A DNA stretch of 40,000 bases, taken from sequence record NC_055897.1, one strand, 5' to 3'. The stretch comes from an uncultured phage cr114_1. The translations under genes were made by a program, and so were the position numbers. A model generated the notes under the pieces. That model saw only the letters and a program-made list of their open reading frames with translations, made no database searches and was not told where the DNA came from. This document shows positions 8,331-17,286 of this stretch, piece by piece (positions within the stretch are counted from its first letter, which is position 1; each line of letters begins with the position of its first letter).

Positions 8331-9578
8331 TTACTTTCGTAAACTCTTTGCGACTGTAGCTAAAGTACTCAAATAAGATTTATTTAATATGCAATTATGT
8401 TTTATACATTCTGTTATATGAATTAACGCTAACATTTGTATAACATAATCACTATATTTCAAATTTACGATTAAAAAACGATATTCTATAGTGTCAAATT
8501 CAGTAGCTATTCTCACACTATGACTATTTGACCAGAAAGATTTCTCACCTACATTTTTATAATTAAATATATATTGTAAATATTTAATTGCTTTGGGATT
8601 TCTTATTACTAATCTTTTAGTATAATAACTTACTGCATCATTCCAACAATATATACCTTGTGTACGTATTTCCTTCTTGTAATATTTTGTATAATATTCA
8701 TTATATTCATCATATTTACAATCTATATGCATATGTACACTACTATTTCTAGCAATGGCAGTATTTTCTTTCATATCTTCTAGAAGTATGTATAATCCTT
8801 TTAGACCATTAATTCCATTTAGTCTTATACGATTTTCACGAAGGCGATGATCCATATTTCCATCAAATCCTGAGTCATAACTACTACAATTATGTCTAAG
8901 TATTAACTTTTTTATTTCTTCTGATGTAGGATTATCTGCATCATGCTCAATTTCAATACCTATATTTAATGAATTGTATAAGATGTAAGGATTATAATTA
9001 CGCGATCTATCTCGTAGTAATTCTAGTTTTCTTATTATATACTGTAATTCAGTATATAATTGGCTAAACATTTCATTCATACGACTAAGAGAGCTAAAAA
9101 AACGAATACGATTTATATAATATTCATTTCCTGCCTTAATACCCCATCTATTACGTATTATATGTACTATTTGTTCACTACCACAAGTAGATATTCTGTC
9201 AGCATCTCCTGATTTATAGGTAATTACAATTTCTAAAAAATAATTTCCTCCTGCTCCTTCTGTACTTATAGGTTTAGTAATATTTTTTAAAGCTTCTTCT
9301 AATATGCTTGATTTGACTTTTTTATCTTTAAATCTAAAAATCGCTTCTTCGATAGTATTACGATTATTTACTAACCATTTTGTAAAGATCTTTAACTCAT
9401 TAATACATTCAGTATACTCAAGAGTACTTGTTCTTGTCTTTTTTATTCTTTTATATGGCCATATTCTATTAACATATTGCCATAACATTCTCTTGTTTCT
9501 TTGCTTCATTTTAAAGGCTTCCCATGCAAGTGGTGATGAAGCGAGTGCTGTAATGCACGATTCTTGCCATTTAGTCAT
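8331..9578 (-). CDS. putative amidoligase-like enzyme
   Basis: 415 aa. Motifs resembling the amidoligase (COOH-NH2 ligase) family: 'LNIGIEIEHD', 'SSVHMHIDC' (HxH), 'FDTIEYRFLI' (ExR). Motif-level assignment only. Confidence 0.5.
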   Translation of the reverse strand: MTKWQESCITALASSPLAWEAFKMKQRNKRMLWQYVNRIWPYKRIKKTRTSTLEYTECINELKIFTKWLVNNRNTIEEAIFRFKDKKVKSSILEEALKNITKPISTEGAGGNYFLEIVITYKSGDADRISTCGSEQIVHIIRNRWGIKAGNEYYINRIRFFSSLSRMNEMFSQLYTELQYIIRKLELLRDRSRNYNPYILYNSLNIGIEIEHDADNPTSEEIKKLILRHNCSSYDSGFDGNMDHRLRENRIRLNGINGLKGLYILLEDMKENTAIARNSSVHMHIDCKYDEYNEYYTKYYKKEIRTQGIYCWNDAVSYYTKRLVIRNPKAIKYLQYIFNYKNVGEKSFWSNSHSVRIATEFDTIEYRFLIVNLKYSDYVIQMLALIHITECIKHNCILNKSYLSTLATVAKSLRK

Positions 9579-9595
9579 AATCTTTAATGTTTAAT

Positions 9596-9624
9596 AAAAA
9601 AAGGGGCAGATTACTCTGTCCCTT
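9596..9624 (-). terminator. rho-independent terminator
   Basis: Reverse strand AAGGGACAG-AGTAAT-CTGCCCCTT followed by a T tract (9-bp stem with one G.U, 6-nt loop). Confidence 0.88.
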
Positions 9625-9648
9625 AATAGTTATCAAATTCTTTTTGTT

Positions 9649-9915
9649 CTACCATCTTCTTTCGTATTCACCGTCTCTTATGGAGGTAGACCTCTTCTCA
9701 GGTTTAGCATTGCTTTCAGCTTGCTTATTGCCCGCATCTTCAACTACTTTCTTACACAATTCACGTAGTTCTTTGCTGTCTTTGTAAGCTTTAGTAGTTT
9801 GCAAAGCTATTGCTACTTCTACTTCAGACCCACATAGTTCAATAAGCTTTTTAGCTTTTGAATTAGCTGCTAACTTGATGTCATTTTCTTTAATGTAATT
9901 AATTACACTTTTCAT
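9649..9915 (-). CDS. hypothetical protein ending in TAG directly upstream of a terminator
   Basis: 88 aa ORF, stop TAG (9649-9651); no in-frame TAA/TGA until 9571-9573, beyond the terminator. Confidence 0.75.
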   Translation of the reverse strand: MKSVINYIKENDIKLAANSKAKKLIELCGSEVEVAIALQTTKAYKDSKELRELCKKVVEDAGNKQAESNAKPEKRSTSIRDGEYERRW

Positions 9916-10385
9916 AATTTTGATAATTTTAGTTAAACAATATTGTTGTAAAAAGATTTCTGACTAAAATGAAGATTTAGTTTCATAGGTACAAACTGGA
10001 AGATTTGATTTAACCTATTACTTACACATTCGCCACGTGAAGGCATCTTCGTGAATGCGATTAGTATATCTATATTCACATACAAATATACTAACAATAC
10101 TACGCTTAGTATCTACAAATCCATATTATTCTAACGAAACAAATAATTAAGACACAAATAATAGTTGATATGCTGTATATGAGGACTGAGCTACGCTTAG
10201 CTCTATTATAACACACAGTTTTGCATTTATCAGATAGAAATAGAACAGGGTGTGTGTTATTGCATGATTTTAAAGTCTGCACTAATACTATTTTACAGAT
10301 GAGTATTTTAAGCTTTCCCGTACGTACTTGCTCTGTATGAATAGATATAAGCCCCACATGCTTGTCAAGGATTCTCACCTTAAAG

Positions 10386-10446
10386 AACTCTCTACCTGCA
10401 CACGCTAACTCTTAAACGTCTCGAGCCTGTGATTCAGTAGAGAGTT
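10386..10446. other. structured non-coding element
   Basis: Perfect 10-bp inverted repeat AACTCTCTAC (10386-10395) / GTAGAGAGTT (10437-10446). Confidence 0.5.
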
Positions 10447-10709
10447 TGTTTTAATACTTATTGTTCGGTTAGTATTATACCGTCAAGCACTATAATTTGG
10501 TATTATAGTTAAACCACTTCCATTACTTGCTTAGTTGGTTGCTATTAAAAGAGTTGCACCATCTACGATGAACCTAATCGTGATGACTCTACCACGTGGA
10601 TTACTATTCAATCTTTAACCTTTATTGTGCATATAAAGGCGGAATAGTTTCTTGACTCACACTCCTTCCATATACGACTTGTCACGTATCATCGGTGGTT
10701 TAAGAAGAG

Positions 10710-10782
10710 AAGTATAATAATATAAGTCCTTAGCGCTACCTAAGTTTTTATAAGGACATACCTAACTTATATTATTATACTT
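10710..10782. repeat. long perfect inverted repeat / nested hairpin
   Basis: 17-nt AAGTATAATAATATAAG (10710-10726) with exact complement CTTATATTATTATACTT (10766-10782), plus nested TCCTTA (10727-10732) / TAAGGA (10751-10756). Confidence 0.75.
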
Positions 10783-10869
10783 ATAACGTGGATAAATTAT
10801 GTTTCACAACATATGTAGATAGTTTGCATTTCACAGAATAGCTACTTTGCGAAAATCTGTATTATGCTT

Positions 10870-10902
10870 ATCCTTATACTAGTCTTGCTTCTAGATAAGG
10901 AT
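10870..10902. repeat. 12-bp hairpin
   Basis: ATCCTTAT-a-CTAG-tcttgctt-CTAG-ATAAGGAT. Confidence 0.6.
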
Positions 10903-11381
10903 GTTCTTTAAATTCACTTTCAAATGACTCATTACTATTCAAGAACAGTAGAGCACCATTATTGGTATTGATTATGTTTTGATTTATATTCAAATAAATA
11001 ATTAAATAGGTAGTCACTCGAAGTACTTCTTCTATTGCTTTATTTCCGATACCCGCATGTCACCCAATGGGCTGTTCTTTCTTCCAGTATAATACTGTTC
11101 ACAACTTTTCGGCTACGAAATCCCTATTTAATATTTGCATTTTACACCTAAAACTTATAACTACGTAACGCATAGCCTGAATATCACACGTTCTCTATCA
11201 GTCCACAGAATTCACTGCTTCATCTGGCAGCTGAGTACGCCCTTACGTCTGCCAACTATACTATTATAAGAAACTGGTGCCCTCAATGTCTTGGGAAGTT
11301 ATTGAGTTTTTTGAGATAACAGACTATTATTTCTCCGGTCTGTTAGCGGATAGTAACATTGGTTACTCCACTCTATAAAAG

Positions 11382-12041
11382 TTAATATTGCAATGGTTGA
11401 GCTCCTTGCGGTGTTTGTGTGAAAATTGGTTGCTCTTGAGATGTAGGAGCTGGAGCTGGTTGTACTACTTGACCTCCAATTATTTCAGGAGCTGGAGTAG
11501 TTGGTATAAGCTGAGGAACTTTATCTTCTTCAGCTGGTACACAATATGCACTAAATGCTCTTTGTCCTACTTCTTCGGGAGAACCTCCACGTATCCATTG
11601 CTTTTCTCCGAATTCGTCAATATAATATTGACAGAATATACGTAGTGTGGTGTAAAGAATAGGCTTTCCACCTTTCGATACAAGCGAACCAGCTTTGATT
11701 GCTTCTCTTGCTGGTCGAGTTGCTGTTGCAGGTTGAGCTGGATGGTCTGACAGATGTTGCTTGTAGAACTTCTGCGGTGGACACCAGTCAATCCAACATC
11801 CTGTTACGTATTGTAATTCTTCAGGAATTGGTTGGTCTGCTTGTGCTGTTCCTCCATGTTGAATTGATAATAATGGAGTGAGTATGTTCACAATGGGTTG
11901 AATGAAACAAGTAAATGTTTGCATATCTTCCCAAGGACATAAGGTATTTTGAAGTTTGGCTACTAAATACTTAGTGCCTGCATTCTGCTTACCTTGTTCA
12001 ACTGTTTTGATTAACGGTTCGATTAATTTATAACGTGCCAT
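11382..12041 (-). CDS. hypothetical protein with Pro/Gln-rich C-terminus
   Basis: ORF open to 12200, but the internal ATG at 12041 (MARYKLIEPLIKTVEQ...) is the likelier start; ends ...PAPEIIGGQVVQPAPAPTSQEQPIFTQTPQGAQPLQY, TAA. Confidence 0.7.
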   Translation of the reverse strand: MARYKLIEPLIKTVEQGKQNAGTKYLVAKLQNTLCPWEDMQTFTCFIQPIVNILTPLLSIQHGGTAQADQPIPEELQYVTGCWIDWCPPQKFYKQHLSDHPAQPATATRPAREAIKAGSLVSKGGKPILYTTLRIFCQYYIDEFGEKQWIRGGSPEEVGQRAFSAYCVPAEEDKVPQLIPTTPAPEIIGGQVVQPAPAPTSQEQPIFTQTPQGAQPLQY

Positions 12042-12284
12042 GACATGATACAATTTACCTATACATTGTGAGGTTTTTTTGGTGATTTGTAAATTATAGC
12101 TATATATTACGTGATGAGGTAATACATTGAAAATGGGAAAAGCCGAAAGGTTGTAGAGTGGATATACATTCATACGTTTAGCCTTTCCTGCTTCTCCCAA
12201 TATTTAGCAGCTGTGCCTGATTTGCTTCCTGTGCGCAGCCTTTGTGTTAATACTGAGTACTGTGTACTATGTAGTTACATACAT

Positions 12285-12515
12285 TCACAATCTGTTACGT
12301 TTAAATAGTTCTACTTTCTTACGTAATACAGTATTAGTAGTTACAAACATGTTGTAGTGCGTAGCAACAGTACATTCACCATAATCATCAGGATGTGAGA
12401 TTACTTTAAATGTCTCTTTAAGGATAAGCCAATCGTGTGCAAATACTTTCCTATACTTATAGTAAGATAGCATGATAAGCCAATAGCCAATATACAATTT
12501 GATTTTGTTAAGCAT
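12285..12515 (-). CDS. hypothetical protein
   Basis: 76 aa ORF; first gene of the - arm. Confidence 0.55.
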   Translation of the reverse strand: MLNKIKLYIGYWLIMLSYYKYRKVFAHDWLILKETFKVISHPDDYGECTVATHYNMFVTTNTVLRKKVELFKRNRL

Positions 12516-12778
12516 GATAGATAAGTTTTAATTAATACTCAATAATTGACAGTAGTAGTTGATTTGCATCCTGTTACATTTATAAAGTAAACACACATCA
12601 ATACCTGGGGGACTTCCCGATTGTTGACAGCCGTGGGGGATTTGTTTTGGTGTATATCACGCATTCACACACTCATACCCACATTCAAAATTTTATTTTC
12701 TAAAAAATTTTTATAAAATATGTTAAATATCTGTAATTATTTTAACATTTTACGTTATTATTAATATAACTTAACAAT
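12516..12778. promoter_or_regulatory. divergent intergenic/switch region between the two arms
   Basis: The - strand gene starts at 12515 and the + strand gene at 12779. TTGACA-like boxes and an AT-rich stretch lie between. No promoter proven. Confidence 0.5.
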
Positions 12779-13189
12779 ATGAATAGAGAAAAAGTATTTT
12801 CTAAGATAGGTTATGCATACCTAGATGAGATGATAGAAAGTCTATCTAAGTACCCTGGTATAAAGATACAGTACCCGATTAGTGATTTTACTGCAGGTAA
12901 TACACTGTTTAAAACAGTAACTTATGATGTAAATATTGCAGTAGCTACCTACAGTAAATACAGAGAAGAAATAGAACTACTAAACAAAGAAGTAGATAGA
13001 CTAACTAAAAGCATAGATAGTTTAAACAACAAATTCTGTAATGAGCGATGGTTAACCAAATGCCCTAAAGAAATCATTCTAAAAGAGTACGATAAACTAA
13101 ACTATCTAGAGGAAGAAAGAGAATTAAAATATAAACAGATATTAAATAGATTATATATCTGTCCATTACCTATATTTACACACAAATAA
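12779..13189 (+). CDS. hypothetical coiled-coil protein
   Basis: 136 aa ORF. Confidence 0.7.
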   Translation: MNREKVFSKIGYAYLDEMIESLSKYPGIKIQYPISDFTAGNTLFKTVTYDVNIAVATYSKYREEIELLNKEVDRLTKSIDSLNNKFCNERWLTKCPKEIILKEYDKLNYLEEERELKYKQILNRLYICPLPIFTHK

Positions 13190-13190
13190 T

Positions 13191-14030
13191 ATGAAATTAA
13201 TAGAATCCAGTGTACAGATAATTGAGGAGAGAGATCCTTACAAGATGATAGAATTAGCAGGTAGAACATGTTATAAGTCAGAGGATAAGATAACAGAAGA
13301 CAGTGCTAAAGAATTTGTAGATAGGATGATTAAGCTTGGTCATGGGGCTATGCTAGAACATGGTACTGTATATCTGAAAATTATAGGAGTGTTTTTGGAT
13401 CCTACAGACTGTGACGTGGACTATGGTCATTATGTGGTAAGTCATTATACTAAGAATAAGTATTCCAAAGTAATTATTAAACATGATGAAGATTGGAAAT
13501 CTGATGTTTATATTACCACTAATCTTAGAGTCCTTGTAGAAAATGGTTGGATGGATGATTTGAAATATATCTGTGAACCTACAGAGCATCATGAGAAGCG
13601 TATTACAGCTAAATTTATATGTGATAGAGGAGTAAGCCATGAGTTTGTAAGACATAGAGTATTTAGCTTTGCCCAAGAGAGTACAAGATATTGTAACTAT
13701 AGTAAGGATAAGTTTGGTAATGAGCTTACTTTTATTAAGCCATCTTGGGGTTATTTCAAAAATATAAGTTACGAAGATGCTGGTTATTTCGATGGAGACG
13801 TGTTTGAAAGTTCTTTAAAAAAAGCTGAATCTTATTATTTTAAACTAATAGAGAAAGGTTGGAAACCACAACAAGCAAGACAAGTACTCCCTAATGCAAC
13901 TAAAACAGAACTGGTAATGACAGGCTTTGAGAGCGATTGGGAGCACTTCTTTGAACTCAGATGTAGCGGTGCAGCTCATCCAGATGCTAAGAAATTAGCT
14001 GATGAATTACGTGAATTAATGGTTAAATAA
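13191..14030 (+). CDS. thyX: FAD-dependent thymidylate synthase ThyX
   Basis: 279 aa; ThyX-like signature 'RHRVFSFAQESTRYCNYSKDKFGNELTFIKP', plus 'MLEHGTVYLKI' and C-terminal 'WEHFFELRCSGAAHPDAKKLADELREL'. Confidence 0.95.
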   Translation: MKLIESSVQIIEERDPYKMIELAGRTCYKSEDKITEDSAKEFVDRMIKLGHGAMLEHGTVYLKIIGVFLDPTDCDVDYGHYVVSHYTKNKYSKVIIKHDEDWKSDVYITTNLRVLVENGWMDDLKYICEPTEHHEKRITAKFICDRGVSHEFVRHRVFSFAQESTRYCNYSKDKFGNELTFIKPSWGYFKNISYEDAGYFDGDVFESSLKKAESYYFKLIEKGWKPQQARQVLPNATKTELVMTGFESDWEHFFELRCSGAAHPDAKKLADELRELMVK

Positions 14031-14246
14031 TGTTAAAATATTGTCATTAAATAGCCATAATTGTTCTTAATAAATGTTAAAAAGTTGATATAAATGGGAA
14101 CCTAAAGGCATATTTATACGTTACTGTCTATGCAGTCAATGACAGTCTAAGACATACTAAGACAGATTAAGTAGTATTAATAGACCTTACTTTAGATAAA
14201 GTATACTTTAGTTAAGTATATACTAATATATAATATTATACGCATT

Positions 14247-14447
14247 ATGGGTAAAAGAAAGTTAGTTAAAATAGAACCAGCATACTCTGGTAAATACATA
14301 GATTACAAAGGTAGTACGTATCAACTAGTACAGACAGAAACTTCTTCTAAGTATTGTGAAGGATGTGCTTTCTATAATAAGAAATGTGATGATAAACTTG
14401 TATCTTACTGTAGACAAGGATTTATATTTAAAAAAGCAGAATTCTAA
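14247..14447 (+). CDS. Cys-motif microprotein
   Basis: 66 aa; 'YCEGCAFYNKKCDDKLVSYC'. Confidence 0.65.
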   Translation: MGKRKLVKIEPAYSGKYIDYKGSTYQLVQTETSSKYCEGCAFYNKKCDDKLVSYCRQGFIFKKAEF

Positions 14448-14569
14448 TGAACGAGAGTTTTATAATAGGTTTTATTATAGGATCTGGTATTACTCATGTA
14501 ATATGGAGGTGTATATACAAAGCTAAAGAATATGCAGAAGGAGAAGAGAATAGTAGAGATACTAAATAA
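14447..14569 (+). CDS. 40 aa single-TM microprotein
   Basis: MNESFIIGFIIGSGITHVIWRCIYKAKEYAEGEENSRDTK, TAA; start overlaps the previous stop. Below the track length cutoff. Confidence 0.45.
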   Translation: MNESFIIGFIIGSGITHVIWRCIYKAKEYAEGEENSRDTK

Positions 14570-14702
14570 GAAATTTGAAGTAATACCAAGTAAAGGAGGT
14601 AGTTGTGATGACTGTTACTTTTTAAATAAACAAACATGCCCTCCTAAAGCCCTTAGAAATTGTATATGGGGCGGTAATATACTAAAAGAAATTAAGAAAT
14701 AA
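14532..14702 (+). CDS. 56 aa Cys-motif microprotein, paralogue-like to 14247-14447
   Basis: MQKEKRIVEILNKKFEVIPSKGGSCDDCYFLNKQTCPPKALRNCIWGGNILKEIKK, TAA. Below the track length cutoff. Confidence 0.5.
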   Translation: MQKEKRIVEILNKKFEVIPSKGGSCDDCYFLNKQTCPPKALRNCIWGGNILKEIKK

Positions 14703-14715
14703 ACAATAAAATAAT

Positions 14716-15075
14716 ATGGAAGATAAAGTACTTGAGACAGTAATAAACGGTTTGGAATATATTCCTTTGAAAGATATTTTGATTAAACCTCTAGAACCAA
14801 TCATGCTGAAGAAAGAAGTAACTGAAGCAGTTGGTACTGGTGAAAAAGACGTAGATGGATATGAGAAGTTTGAAACTAAGACAGAGGTAAAAGAAGTAGA
14901 ATCAGAGTGGAGAACCGGTATCGTACTTGCAATTGGAACAGAACTTACAACACAACCAGAATTTGCAGTTGGAGATACTGTTGTATTCAATAAGAAATTT
15001 GCTAAGGATTTTGATTTATTTAAAGATAGCATGCTGGTTAAACCGTATGATTGTGTGGCTAAGAAGATTAAGTAA
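14716..15075 (+). CDS. possible GroES-like small protein
   Basis: 119 aa; 'WRTGIVLAIG...FAVGDTVVFNKKFAKDFDLFKDSMLVKPYDCVAK' resembles the GroES pattern G-x-VLAVG ... VGD-VIF ... ILAI. Confidence 0.6.
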   Translation: MEDKVLETVINGLEYIPLKDILIKPLEPIMLKKEVTEAVGTGEKDVDGYEKFETKTEVKEVESEWRTGIVLAIGTELTTQPEFAVGDTVVFNKKFAKDFDLFKDSMLVKPYDCVAKKIK

Positions 15076-15101
15076 TATTAATGCGTTTAATGTTGTTGTG
15101 G

Positions 15102-15130
15102 AAGGCTGGGTCTGAGGATCTAGCCTTTTT
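15102..15130 (+). terminator. rho-independent terminator
   Basis: AAGGCT-g-GGTC-tgag-GATC-t-AGCCTTTTT. Confidence 0.85.
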
Positions 15131-15232
15131 CTTTATACTTACAGTTAACAAATGTTAAAATATTAATACCTTTTTAACAATTCCCGTTTATATAATTGTA
15201 ACAACAATTAAACCAACTAAATAATAATTATT

Positions 15233-15652
15233 ATGAGTATGAAATATAAAGTAGTTAAAGAGTTTGCATGTGCTAAAAAAGGTGATATCCTTACTTGGAA
15301 TGATGATACTATGATGTTTGAATTTAATTACAAGGACGATACTAGTGAACGTGGGATGTATATAGATGAACAAACTTGTAAAGAATATGCAGATGATGGG
15401 TATATAATCGCTATTGAGGATGAAGATGAATGTAGCTGTGATGATATGCTGATCGAAGAGTTATCGGATAAGCTTACTAAGATTGAGTCTACTATTGATG
15501 ACTTACTTACTAAGTATGAAGAGGATCATAAACAGATGAATGAAGCTTATAATGATCAGGAGATTCCTACTTGTGTTAAGGTAGAAGCAGATACTGTATA
15601 CTACAATCTTACTAAAGTATTAAATACAATCAAAGACATTATTAATGAATAA
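15233..15652 (+). CDS. hypothetical protein
   Basis: 139 aa ORF, acidic centre, TAA. Confidence 0.7.
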   Translation: MSMKYKVVKEFACAKKGDILTWNDDTMMFEFNYKDDTSERGMYIDEQTCKEYADDGYIIAIEDEDECSCDDMLIEELSDKLTKIESTIDDLLTKYEEDHKQMNEAYNDQEIPTCVKVEADTVYYNLTKVLNTIKDIINE

Positions 15653-16016
15653 ACTTGTAAAGACCGTTAAGAAAGCGGATCTTTATCGAGAATTCCTCAA
15701 ATCACTTGATGGTGTACTTTAGCTTACTGACAGGGAGCAGGATATAATGATATTACTCATTGGTATAGATATAAATACTCCTAAGCTCCCTGGTTATAGT
15801 AAGAATGTTATAAGTACAGAAAACAGACGTTATCTAAAAGCTGCAACAGGCATTACTAGTGATAACCTAAGTAGATATATAGGAAGATTAAAAGATAAAG
15901 GTCTGATTATAAAAGGTAAAGCAGACGATGAATGGGTAGTAAACCCAGCATTGATACCTGAAGTGATTGGTGATAGAGTACAATTAACAATCGTATTACG
16001 ATTAGAAAAAGAATAA
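15645..16016 (+). CDS. putative HTH regulator with in-frame TAG at codon 26
   Basis: ATG 15645, TAG 15720-15722, TAA end: MNKLVKTVKKADLYREFLKSLDGVL[TAG]LTDREQDIMILLIGIDINTPKLPGYSKNVISTENRRYLKAATGITSDNLSRYIGRLKDKGLIIK... 'LTDREQDIM' plus a winged-helix-like 'SDNLSRYIGRLKDKGLI'. Confidence 0.7.
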
Positions 16017-16017
16017 C

Positions 16018-16449
16018 ATGAATATAGAATATATGACAATAAAACCTGGTTCTATCTTATTACAAAGGGATTATAATTGGATAGTTAAACTGTGGTATAA
16101 GTTAGTAAAGAAAGAACTCAAATTTAACAGATTTACCATCTTTACTACTGACTGTGATTTGATTAACATTCATGGAGAGCATAGAGACGCAGTAATAGCA
16201 GAGCCTAAAAAGGCTTATAGTAAGAAAGAGCTTAAAAGACTGAATACTATTATTGACTCTTCTAAGAAAGAAGAAGGTGACTGGCTATCTTCTGATAAGG
16301 CAACAGTATCAGACTTATTCATAGCTATAAACTGTGTTAGACCTGATACATTTGAGGGTAAAAATAACTTAAACGCTTTCCTTGATAATAAATACTATAA
16401 TATTAAGGAATTATCAGATGAAGCAAACTGGAGTGAATATATTTTCTGA
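16018..16449 (+). CDS. hypothetical protein
   Basis: 143 aa, TGA stop. Confidence 0.7.
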   Translation: MNIEYMTIKPGSILLQRDYNWIVKLWYKLVKKELKFNRFTIFTTDCDLINIHGEHRDAVIAEPKKAYSKKELKRLNTIIDSSKKEEGDWLSSDKATVSDLFIAINCVRPDTFEGKNNLNAFLDNKYYNIKELSDEANWSEYIF

Positions 16450-16595
16450 GTTAAGCTAGAAATATAATTTACCTACTTAGATAATAAAAACAATATGTAT
16501 TCATCCTTTCTTATTTGCTAATAGAAAGATAAGCCAAAGAGATCAAAGACCTTTAATGTTTACTTACTTAGGTAAAATAAAGATAAAGAGGAATC

Positions 16596-16865
16596 ATGAA
16601 AGATAGGAAGATAATTAGACTGAGTAAGCTACCAGAATATGATGTAATTACAGAACTTATCGAATATATGATATATTATAAGTTATCTTATCCTACTGGT
16701 AATAAAGATACATGTGAAGTACGATTAATTGATTCGTCTTGTGAAATAGTTACTCCTAATACAATCTATAAGATGACGGATGAGGTTTATTTATATCTGT
16801 ACTTACTTAGTAATAAAGCTATAGCAAATATTTATAAAGTGATAAAAGATGATTAGACGTTATGA
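16596..16865 (+). CDS. hypothetical protein; TAG at 16854 then TGA at 16863
   Basis: 86 aa to TAG; under TAG=Q it ends 3 codons later at TGA (16863-16865). Confidence 0.6.
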
Positions 16866-17286
16866 TATCGGTTTCTACCCTATGAGCTTATGGGTTTCTA
16901 CTATAGGTAGCTTTGATAAATGTAAGGCAAGATTCAAAATGTATTCTACTATTAAGAATATGGATGAAGACCGTGATGGAATTCCTTTAAACCCAGAAAA
17001 TAAAGGCGGAGTTACTTACTTAGTAATTGAAAAGAAAACAGGTAGTAAAGGAGTATTGATACTGATTTCTGAACCAAATGTAGATAAGGTTACTGATTTT
17101 GATTTTGATGTATCGGCCCATGAATCAGTACATGCAGCAGATGCGGTATTTGATGTCATTAGCGCTTATAGCACAGGTTATGATGAGGGTAACGAACCTT
17201 ATGCTTACTTAGTAGGTTATATAGCTGGCAGAATTGGATCTTATTTGATAGAATATACTAAAAGTAAACGTGAAAACAATGAGTAA
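16849..17286 (+). CDS. hypothetical protein
   Basis: 145 aa, TAA stop; contains HESVHAADAVFDVI (not assigned to a family). Confidence 0.75.
   Translation: MIRRYDIGFYPMSLWVSTIGSFDKCKARFKMYSTIKNMDEDRDGIPLNPENKGGVTYLVIEKKTGSKGVLILISEPNVDKVTDFDFDVSAHESVHAADAVFDVISAYSTGYDEGNEPYAYLVGYIAGRIGSYLIEYTKSKRENNE

Noticed and set aside
10106-10378. + strand 90 aa ORF in the ORF-poor region
   Set aside because: Isolated, opposite orientation to the arm, no convincing start context or motifs.
11388-11881. + strand ORFs antisense to the Pro/Gln-rich gene
   Set aside because: Leu/Ser-rich mirror of the PQ-rich coding sequence.
12042-12200. N-terminal extension of ORF 11382-12200
   Set aside because: Weakly protein-like; the internal start at 12041 gives a better N-terminus.
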